DNA from: Anaeromyxobacteraceae bacterium
GTDB lineage: Bacteria; Myxococcota; Myxococcia; Myxococcales; Anaeromyxobacteraceae
Assembly: GCA_032654565.1 (NCBI GenBank)
Contig: JAULAX010000013.1
Location: 131,853 to 195,852 of the forward strand
Direction of reading: 5' to 3'
Length of the DNA stretch: 64,000 nt
Shown here: piece after piece, positions 19,716 through 27,482 of the stretch
How the letters are laid out: every line of letters begins with the position of its first letter
Numbering within the stretch: position 1 is the stretch's first letter
The notes under the pieces: model-generated
The model's input: only the letters and a program-made list of their open reading frames with translations
Database searches by the model: none
Told to the model about the DNA's origin: nothing
Translations under genes and position numbers: made by a program

Positions 19716-21827
19716 ATGGCTGACCTTCTGTTCGAGATCGGGGCCGAGGAGATCCCGGCCGGCTTCGTGCCGCCGGCGGTGAAGCAGCTCGAGGAGGACC
19801 TCGGCAGGCTGCTCGACGAGGCCCGGCTCACCCACGGCGAGGTCAAGGCCATGGGGACGCCGCGCCGGCTGGTGGTCTGGGCGCGCGACCTCGGCGCCCG
19901 GCAGGCCGACGCCCGCCACGAGGCGCTGGGCCCGTCGGTGGCCGCCGCCTTCGACGCCGAGGGGAAGCCCACGCCGGCGGCGCTCGGCTTCGCCCGGAGC
20001 CAGGGGGTCGAGGTGGCCGCCCTGGAGCGGATCGAGTCGCCCAAGGGGCTGCGGCTGGGGCTCACCCGGGTGGAGAAGGGGCAGAAGGCGGAGCAGGTGC
20101 TGCCGGCGCTGCTGGGCCGCCTGCTGGCCGGGCTGCGCTTCAAGAAGGTGATGCGCTCGCGCTGGGACGAGGTGACCTTCGCCCGCCCCATCCGCTGGAT
20201 CGCCGCGCTCCACGGCGGAAAGCTGGTCAAGCTCGGCCACGGCGAGGTCCGCAGCGGGACGGTCACCCACGGCCACCGCTTCCTGGCGCCACGGGCCGTC
20301 CCGCTCACCGGGACGCCGGAGGACTACCTGAAGAAGATGGCCGCCGCCCACGTCCTCGTCGACCCGGTGGCCCGCAAGTCTGCCATCGAGAAGGCGCTGG
20401 CCGCGGCGGCGAAGCGCGGCGGCGGCGTGGTCCGCCCCGACCCGGAGCTGGTCGAGCAGGTCACCAACCTGGTCGAGCACCCCACCGCGGTGCTGGGCGA
20501 GTTCGAGAAGTCGAACCTGGCCCTGCCGCCCGAGGTGGTGGTCACCGAGATGCGCAACCACCAGCGCTACTTCGCCGTGGTGGACGGGCAGGGGAGGCTG
20601 ACCAACCGGTTCGTGGCCATCTCAGGCACGCCGGTCAAGGACCCCAGGGTGGCGCGCAACGGGTACCAGCGGGTGCTGCGGGCCCGCCTCGCCGACGCCC
20701 GCTTCTTCTTCGAGGAGGACCGGAAGCGCACCCTGGAGAGCCGCGTCGCCGAGCTGGGCCGGCGCACCTACCAGGCCCGGCTGGGCACCGAGCTGCAGCG
20801 GGTGGAGCGGATCGGCCGGCTGGCGGCGGCGCTGGCCGGCGCCCTCGGCAAGGAGGCGCTGCAGGCCGACCTGGCGGTGGCGGCCCGGCTCTGCAAGGCC
20901 GACCTCGGCACCGGAATGGTCGGTGAGTTTCCCGAGTTGCAGGGGATCATGGGTGGACACTACGCGCGGCTCGAGGGGCTGGCCCCCGACGTGGCCGACG
21001 CCATCGAGGACCACTACCGGCCCATCGGCGCCGGCGAGGAGATGCCGCGCGGCGACCTCGGCACCCTGGTCGGCCTCTCCGACCGGCTCCACCAGCTGGT
21101 GGGGATCATCGGCGTGGGCGAGAAGGCCACCGGCGGCGCCGATCCCTTCGGCCTGCGCCGCGCCGCCATCGGCATCCTGCGGCTGGTGCTCGACCGCGGC
21201 TACCACCTCTCGCTCCGCGCCGCCGTGGAGGCCACGCTCGACGGCCTGGACGGGGTCCGGCTGGCGGGCGAGCGGAAGCAGGTGGTGGGGCAGGTGCTCG
21301 AGTTCATCCGCGGCCGGCTCAAGGCCCAGTGGTCGGAGGAGTTCGCCGTCGATCTCGTCGAGGCGGTGCTGACCGCCGGTCACGACGACGTGGTCGACGC
21401 CCGGCAGCGGCTCCAGGCGCTGGCGGTGGTGCGGCAGCGCGAGGACTTCGTGCCGCTGGCGGTGGCGTTCAAGCGGGTCGCCAACATCCAGGAGAAGGCC
21501 GCGGCCGGCGGCGCCGCGGTGGACGTGGCGCTGCTGAGCGAGCCGGCCGAGCTGGCGCTGCAGGCCGAGCTGGAGCGGGTGGAGCGCGAGGCCACGGCGC
21601 TGCGGGCGCGGCGCGACTACCCGGCCATCCTCCGGGCGGTGGTCACCCTCAAGCCGGCCATCGACGCCTTCTTCGACGGCGTCATGGTGATGGCCGAGGA
21701 CCCGCGGCTGCGGGCCAACCGGCTGGCGCTGATGCGGCGGGTGGCCGGCCTCTTCGCCGACATCGCCGACTTCAGGAAGATCCAGGCCGAGCTGCCCCCG
21801 GGCGCCGGCCAGCGGAAGGTGGGCTAG
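19716..21827 (+). CDS. glyS: Glycine--tRNA ligase beta subunit
   Basis: LLFEIGAEEIP, TPRRL, FARPIRW, EFPELQGIMG, DPFGLRR. Confidence 0.97.
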   Translation: MADLLFEIGAEEIPAGFVPPAVKQLEEDLGRLLDEARLTHGEVKAMGTPRRLVVWARDLGARQADARHEALGPSVAAAFDAEGKPTPAALGFARSQGVEVAALERIESPKGLRLGLTRVEKGQKAEQVLPALLGRLLAGLRFKKVMRSRWDEVTFARPIRWIAALHGGKLVKLGHGEVRSGTVTHGHRFLAPRAVPLTGTPEDYLKKMAAAHVLVDPVARKSAIEKALAAAAKRGGGVVRPDPELVEQVTNLVEHPTAVLGEFEKSNLALPPEVVVTEMRNHQRYFAVVDGQGRLTNRFVAISGTPVKDPRVARNGYQRVLRARLADARFFFEEDRKRTLESRVAELGRRTYQARLGTELQRVERIGRLAAALAGALGKEALQADLAVAARLCKADLGTGMVGEFPELQGIMGGHYARLEGLAPDVADAIEDHYRPIGAGEEMPRGDLGTLVGLSDRLHQLVGIIGVGEKATGGADPFGLRRAAIGILRLVLDRGYHLSLRAAVEATLDGLDGVRLAGERKQVVGQVLEFIRGRLKAQWSEEFAVDLVEAVLTAGHDDVVDARQRLQALAVVRQREDFVPLAVAFKRVANIQEKAAAGGAAVDVALLSEPAELALQAELERVEREATALRARRDYPAILRAVVTLKPAIDAFFDGVMVMAEDPRLRANRLALMRRVAGLFADIADFRKIQAELPPGAGQRKVG

Positions 21828-21830
21828 ACG

Positions 21831-23279
21831 ATGCGGCGCCTCGTGGTCCTCGCGGTCCTCACCCTGGCGGCCTGCACCGAGGCCGGCAACACGCTGGCGC
21901 CGCCCATGGACCGGTTCTTCTTCCCGTCCGGCCTGGCCCTCACCTCCACCGCCGGCGGCAACCAGGCCCTGCTGGTCGCCTCCGCCAACTTCGACCTCCA
22001 CTACGCCTTCGACTCCGGGGCCACCGTCCTCTCCGTCGACCCGCGCCCGGCCAGCGAGGGCGGCTCGGCCAGGCCGGGTGGCGGGGCCCTGGTGAAGCAC
22101 GGGGCCGGCGCGCGGCTCCCCAGCTTCACCGGGCCGCTGGCCGTCGCCGACGCCACCACCTGTCCCGGCGACCTGGCCAACCCCGGGTTCGGCACCGCCA
22201 CCCGCCCCGCCACGGCGCTGATCACCTCCCGCTACGTCAACCGGCTCTACCTGCTGCCGATCGGCGCCGACGGCGCCCTGGAGCCCTGCGGCGGGCCGGA
22301 GTGCTCGCTGCCGCTCGACCCGCGGCTGCTCGACGCCGGGTCGGTCACGGTCACCTGTCGCGCCGACGGCGCCCGGCGCACCGCCTGGGTCAGCTACCTG
22401 TGGGATCCTCAGCTGACCACGGCGGCGGGCGTCGTGGTCAGCCCCGGCACCGCCTGGCTCTCCGAGGTCGACCTGGAGGACCCGGCCGTCGCGCTGCGGA
22501 CCATCCCGCTGACCTTCGGGACGGTGGCCGACGCCGTCTACGACGCCGCCAGCGACCGGCTCTTCGCGGTGGGCGGCTCCTCGACCTTCACGGCGCCGGT
22601 CTTCGTGCTCAACCTGCGCCCCTGCCGCCCCGGCGACGCCACCTGCCCCTCGCCCAGCTTCGTGGTGACCGACCTGTACGGCGCCCTGCGCGGCACCGAC
22701 CTGACCGGCATCGCCCTGTCCAACCGGCAGGCCGGGCGTGGCCGCCGGGCCTACGTCTCGGCGCGGGTCTACGACGCCGACATCGCCCTGGCCGGCGGCT
22801 ACCGACCGGCCAATGACATCGCCGGCGTCCTCATGGTCCTCGACATCGAGGAGAACGGCGGGGGCAAGCCGGCGATGCGGGTCCTCTCGGTGACCGAGGT
22901 GGGGCTCGGGCCAGGGAAGGTCGCGGTGCTCCCGCCCCGGCCGGCCCACGCCGACGGCACGCCGCGAGGCGACCTGGTGGTGGTCACCAACTCCACGGAT
23001 GGGGTGGTCACGGTGTACGACGACGACCTCGGCGCCGTGGTCCGGGTGCTGCCCCTCGACGAGCGCACCGGCCGCCCCGAGGCCGGCCGGGTCCCCTACG
23101 CGCTGGTCGTCGACCCGCGGCCGCGCGGCACCGGCGCCGACGTCTTCGTCCGGGCCTACGTGGCCTCCTTCCGCCAGGACATGATCAGCCTCGTCGACGT
23201 GCCGCTGCTGAACCCCGGGGCGGCCGCCATCTACAGGGAAGGCGGTCAGCCGGCCGTGATCGGAACGGTGACGCCATGA
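21831..23279 (+). CDS. Cys-rich lipoprotein, probable beta-propeller
   Basis: Lipobox LAAC; RFFFPSGLAL, VASANFD, VVVTNS propeller-like strands. Confidence 0.75.
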   Translation: MRRLVVLAVLTLAACTEAGNTLAPPMDRFFFPSGLALTSTAGGNQALLVASANFDLHYAFDSGATVLSVDPRPASEGGSARPGGGALVKHGAGARLPSFTGPLAVADATTCPGDLANPGFGTATRPATALITSRYVNRLYLLPIGADGALEPCGGPECSLPLDPRLLDAGSVTVTCRADGARRTAWVSYLWDPQLTTAAGVVVSPGTAWLSEVDLEDPAVALRTIPLTFGTVADAVYDAASDRLFAVGGSSTFTAPVFVLNLRPCRPGDATCPSPSFVVTDLYGALRGTDLTGIALSNRQAGRGRRAYVSARVYDADIALAGGYRPANDIAGVLMVLDIEENGGGKPAMRVLSVTEVGLGPGKVAVLPPRPAHADGTPRGDLVVVTNSTDGVVTVYDDDLGAVVRVLPLDERTGRPEAGRVPYALVVDPRPRGTGADVFVRAYVASFRQDMISLVDVPLLNPGAAAIYREGGQPAVIGTVTP

Positions 23280-26014
23280 AAAGGACCCTGCTCCTCGCCC
23301 TGGTCCTCCTCGCCGGGTGCTCCAAGAGCACGACGCGCCCCGGCGCCAGGTTCCAGAGCCCCTCCGGCGTGACCGTCTTCCGGGGCTTCACCGGCCAGGC
23401 CCCGGCCGCCCTCGGCACCTACGTCGCCGTCGCCGACTCCCGCGGCGACGACCTCCGCCTCATCAACGCCACCGACAACACCATCGTCCTCTCCCAGACC
23501 CTGGTCTCGCCGCTCAGCGTCCCGGTCGATCCTCGCCCCGCCCGGCTGGCCGCCGGCAGCCTCAACGACGTCGACGCCGGCACGCCGCCGGCCCCGGTCG
23601 ATCGGCCGTGGCTGCTGGTCTCCGGCTCCACCGGGATGATGACCCGGGAGAGCCCGCTCCCCGGCGAGCCGGTGATCGCGGCCCGGGTCCAGGTCATCGA
23701 CACCTGGAGCAGCAAGGTCACGGTCCGCCCGGAGCTGACCGTGGACTTCGGCGCCATCCCCGGCCTGGAGCAGGAGATCATCCTCAGCCTGGCGGTGGTG
23801 CACCGTCCGGTGGACGACGGCGCCGGCGGCGCCACGGCCGCGCCCGGGGTCGCCCGCCTGCTCATCGGCGCCAGCGGCGGCAAGCTGGTGGTGGTGGACT
23901 ACACCCGCGGGCCGGACGGGTTGGCCATCCAGGCCGGCGCCGTCACCGTGCAGGAGCTCGGCTTCGAGCCGCTCTCCCTGGCCGCCTCGCCCGACCTGCG
24001 GCACCTCTACGTCGCCACCCCGGATCCCATCGGCACCGTCGAGGGGGTGGCCGAGCTGGACATGACCGGCCCGCTGGGGGCCTGGCCGGTGCGGGGGCTC
24101 GACGCCCGGGCCCCGACCACCCACGTGGTCGCCGGCCTGGTCGGTGAGTTCGCCGGGTTCACCACGGTCCTCCCGTTCGACGCCAAGGACAGCGACGCCA
24201 CCCGCCCCTCCAACGCCAGCAACCGGGGGGTCGATCTCTTCGGGCCGCCGGTGCTGCGGGTCTACGCCGCCATCGATCCGGACCGCTGTGGCCGCTCCGC
24301 CCGCGTCCCCTGCGGCCTGGCCGTCATCGACCCGGCCGCCGGCGGGCTGGTGCCCGACCCGGCGCCGGCGCCCACCCCGGAGTTCCCCACGGCGCGGCAG
24401 CGGTACCTGACGCCCATCGAGGTGCCCGGAACCATCACCGGCCTGGCCTTCGTTCCGCCTCCCCGGTACGGCCCGGCCGTCTCCACCCCCAACGCACCGC
24501 TCCCGCCCATGCCCTCGCCGCTCATGCTCATCACCCCCGGCTCCGGGCAGCGCTACACCTCGGCGGTGGTGATGGTGGCGACCACCCAGGGGCGGATCTA
24601 CCTTGCCGACGTGGGCCACTGGGCCGTCCCCAGCGACCTGTCGATCATCAACTCGGTGGCGACGAGCAGCAACAGCGCCCGCACCCGGGTGCTGTCGGCC
24701 GAGAACGCCGTGCCCAACCTCGGCGTCGACCCGGTCACCAACCTGCCCATCCCCCAGCCCGCGGACGTCCCGTTCATCGGGCTCTGGAGCGACAGCGTCC
24801 TGCCCGAGTACTACACCGCCCCGCCCAACCCCACCAACCCGGGGATCGCCGGGCTGGGGCTCGAGCCCGATCACCTCTACGACACCCCCAAGCTGCTCCT
24901 CCACCCCTGGGTGACGCCCGGCTTCACGCAGAGCGAGTCCTGGGCCGTCACCTTCCAGGGCAAGTTCCCCGGGCTGAGCGCCCGCGAGGGACAGGTCAAC
25001 TCGCCGGGGAGCGGCTCGGGCTGGGTGGCCATCCAGACGGACACCGGCCTGGCCGGCGCCAACCGCCTGCGCGGCGTGATCAACCTCTACGATCCCGGCC
25101 TCGGCCTCCACGCCGGCGACGGGACCGGCGCCAGCCCCGGCGACATCGTGGTCATCGATCCGGGAGACGCCGTGGCCTGTCCCCAGGGGGCCTTCGAGGT
25201 GGAGGTGCGGGGGTTCCTCTACCCGACCGCGGACTACCCGGGCGGCGCCGTGGCGGTGGCCCCGCGCACCGCCTGCCACGACGGCCGCGGTGTGGTGGTG
25301 GACTGCCCCGGCGTCCCCACCTGCCTCGATGGCACCGGGACCCGGGCGGCGACCGTCACCTTCCGCGCCTCGGCCATGCTGCTGACCGGGAGCGCCTCCG
25401 GCTACGCCGGCCGGCCGCCGGTCATCCTCGACCCGGTGGGCGCGCCGCTGTTCCGCTTCGAGTACGAGGACGAGGACGCGCTCACCTGCCCGGTCCAGCC
25501 GGAGCTGGCCTGGCCGCCGCCGCCGTGCGACGCCGCCTGCCGGGCCCAGTGCGAGCGGTTGGCGCTGGCCCGCAAGGCCCGCCGCTTCACCTACGTGACC
25601 AGCTCGCTCGACTGCTCCGGCTGGCCGAACCGGGTGGACAAGGGGGACTGCCAGGCCATCTGGCGCCACCTCACCTGGCCCATCACCACCGGGCCGGTCC
25701 TGGCCTTCCGCCTCGGGCTCTACCGGCGCGACCTGGCCCCGGCCAGCGCCACGGCGTCCAACGCCTACACCGCCCGGGACGCCTCCCTCCAGATCACCAC
25801 GGCCTCCGGGATGTCGCCGTCGTCGCGGGTGCCACGCTCCGGCGCGAGCGCCTACGGCGCGGCGCTGCCGACCGGGCTCACGGTCCACGACCGGAGCACG
25901 GCGGCCACCGCCGATCGGCGGGACGGGATGCGGGTCTACGCCAGCTTCCCGGCCAACGCGGTGATCGACTTCAGCCCGTCCAGCGGCGCCGGTGACGTCA
26001 CCACCATCCGTTGA
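23276..26014 (+). CDS. Large (912 aa) Cys-rich lipoprotein with N-terminal propeller-like region
   Basis: ATGA overlap; lipobox LAGC; strong GC3 bias; many Cys in the C-terminal half. Confidence 0.75.
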   Translation: MKRTLLLALVLLAGCSKSTTRPGARFQSPSGVTVFRGFTGQAPAALGTYVAVADSRGDDLRLINATDNTIVLSQTLVSPLSVPVDPRPARLAAGSLNDVDAGTPPAPVDRPWLLVSGSTGMMTRESPLPGEPVIAARVQVIDTWSSKVTVRPELTVDFGAIPGLEQEIILSLAVVHRPVDDGAGGATAAPGVARLLIGASGGKLVVVDYTRGPDGLAIQAGAVTVQELGFEPLSLAASPDLRHLYVATPDPIGTVEGVAELDMTGPLGAWPVRGLDARAPTTHVVAGLVGEFAGFTTVLPFDAKDSDATRPSNASNRGVDLFGPPVLRVYAAIDPDRCGRSARVPCGLAVIDPAAGGLVPDPAPAPTPEFPTARQRYLTPIEVPGTITGLAFVPPPRYGPAVSTPNAPLPPMPSPLMLITPGSGQRYTSAVVMVATTQGRIYLADVGHWAVPSDLSIINSVATSSNSARTRVLSAENAVPNLGVDPVTNLPIPQPADVPFIGLWSDSVLPEYYTAPPNPTNPGIAGLGLEPDHLYDTPKLLLHPWVTPGFTQSESWAVTFQGKFPGLSAREGQVNSPGSGSGWVAIQTDTGLAGANRLRGVINLYDPGLGLHAGDGTGASPGDIVVIDPGDAVACPQGAFEVEVRGFLYPTADYPGGAVAVAPRTACHDGRGVVVDCPGVPTCLDGTGTRAATVTFRASAMLLTGSASGYAGRPPVILDPVGAPLFRFEYEDEDALTCPVQPELAWPPPPCDAACRAQCERLALARKARRFTYVTSSLDCSGWPNRVDKGDCQAIWRHLTWPITTGPVLAFRLGLYRRDLAPASATASNAYTARDASLQITTASGMSPSSRVPRSGASAYGAALPTGLTVHDRSTAATADRRDGMRVYASFPANAVIDFSPSSGAGDVTTIR

Positions 26015-26047
26015 CCGGGGTGCCGGCGGCGTGCGAGCGTCGCCGGC

Positions 26048-26575
26048 ATGAAGGGCCTGCCTCGCCAGCTGCAGATCCCCGACGAGCTCTGGACCCCGCT
26101 GGGCGCCCTCTCGGAGCGGCTGGGCATCGACCGGGAGGCGCTGGTCCGCCAGGCCGTCCACGCCTTCCTGCGCTTCCACGGCGCCATCCCGGACGGGCCG
26201 GCCGCCCCGGCCGGGAGCGACCGGGCCGCCACCGCCACCCGCGTGCTGGAGACCGCCCGGGAGCTGGAGCGGGCCATCCCCGACAACCGGCCGTTCCCCA
26301 CCCTGCGGCTGATGGGCGAGGCCGGCCTGCTGGCCACGGTCCGTGGTGACCGGTTCGTCATCGGCCGGGGCAGGCACTGCGACCTGGTCATCGAGGGCGC
26401 CAAGGTCTCGCGGGAGCACGCCGCCGTCCAGCGCCTCCCCGACGGCTGGTGGATCGAGGACCTCGGCTCCTCCAACGGCACCTGGTTCCGCCGCGCCCGC
26501 ATCGAGCGGCGGCGCATCGAGGAAGGCGACGAGTACTTCATCTGCGCGGAGAAGATCAGATGCCTGCTCTCCTGA
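26048..26575 (+). CDS. FHA-domain protein with N-terminal ribbon-helix-helix-like region
   Basis: FVIGR..CDLVI, VSREHA, DLGSSNGT (FHA); N-terminus LQIPDELW...REALVRQAV. Confidence 0.8.
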   Translation: MKGLPRQLQIPDELWTPLGALSERLGIDREALVRQAVHAFLRFHGAIPDGPAAPAGSDRAATATRVLETARELERAIPDNRPFPTLRLMGEAGLLATVRGDRFVIGRGRHCDLVIEGAKVSREHAAVQRLPDGWWIEDLGSSNGTWFRRARIERRRIEEGDEYFICAEKIRCLLS

Positions 26576-27060
26576 TGGCGATGGCCCTGCTGGCCGGCCC
26601 GGCGGCCCCCTCCGCGGTGCCCCTCACCCTGGGGGAGCGGCAGGTGGTGACCCTGGAGTTCACCCGGCCGGTGGCCAAGCTCGGCGTCACCGACGCCGAC
26701 GCCCTGCAGCTGGAGCCCTCGGGGACCCGGCTCAAGGTGACGGCGCTGCGCGCCGGCCGCTCCCAGCTGGACGTCGGCTTCGACGACGGGTCCACGCTGG
26801 CCTGGGACATCACCGTGGTGGCGGTGAGGCGCTCGGGCGCGGCCGCTGCGCCCGGCGAGCTCGAGCTGGCGGTGGGGGAGGAGCGCAAGGTGGCGTCCCC
26901 GGGGCTGGCGCGGGTGCTCTTCGAGGAGAGCGGCGTGGTCAAGGTGCGCCCCGAGTCGGAGTCGGTGGTGCTGACGGCCATCGGGGTGGGGCGGGCTTCG
27001 GTGGTGCTGGTGGACGGCGCCGGCAAGCGGACCACGCTGACGGTCAAGGTCAAGCCCTGA
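26560..27060 (+). CDS. Secreted protein with two pilus-secretin N-terminal (T2SS/T3SS pil_N-like) Ig repeats
   Basis: Signal peptide; two repeats LTLGERQV...VTALRAGRSQL and LAVGEERK...LTAIGVGRASV. Confidence 0.65.
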   Translation: MPALLMAMALLAGPAAPSAVPLTLGERQVVTLEFTRPVAKLGVTDADALQLEPSGTRLKVTALRAGRSQLDVGFDDGSTLAWDITVVAVRRSGAAAAPGELELAVGEERKVASPGLARVLFEESGVVKVRPESESVVLTAIGVGRASVVLVDGAGKRTTLTVKVKP

Positions 27061-27187
27061 TGGTGCTGGCGGCGGCTTCTGGTGCCGCCAGCGCAAGACA
27101 TGTCAGCATCTCCAGGTTCGAATCGTCCTGCTTTTCCTGCTGGCGCTCCATCCACCTGGAGGTCTGAACCTGGCTTGCGTCGGCGCC

Positions 27188-27222
27188 GACCAGGGCCTCC
27201 GCGCAGACCAGGGCCTCCGCGC
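27188..27222. repeat. Tandem duplication of GACCAGGGCCTCCGCGC (17 bp, period 18)
   Basis: Exact copies at 27188-27204 and 27206-27222. Confidence 0.85.
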
Positions 27223-27320
27223 CGGAGCGCGGTCCACCTGCGCGCTCGCCGCGCCTGCGGCGCGCCTTCTCGCCGGGGCGTGTCCGCCAGGGCGGGCCTG
27301 GCTGGGGCTGCGAAACTCGC

Positions 27321-27440
27321 GCTTCGGTCGACCACGCCCCGGCGCTCCGCTCGAGGGTGCGCTCCGGTCGACCACGCCCCGGCGCTCCGGTCGAGGGTGC
27401 GCTCCAGTCGACTACGCCCCGGCGCTCCGGTCGTGGGTTC
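27321..27440. repeat. Three tandem 40-bp repeats upstream of polA
   Basis: Units 27321-27360, 27361-27400, 27401-27440; consensus GCTCCGGTCGACCACGCCCCGGCGCTCCGGTCGAGGGTGC. Confidence 0.9.
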
Positions 27441-27482
27441 GTTTGTCGTGGGCGCGTCGGCCAGTGGCGCTATGGTCTCGGC

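Noticed and set aside
27100..27135. tRNA gene suggested by GGTTCGAATC
   Set aside because: T-stem is interrupted and no D-arm, anticodon arm or acceptor stem could be built
27321..27440. Possible mini-CRISPR array
   Set aside because: Units are head-to-tail and nearly identical with no unique spacers; no cas genes in the window
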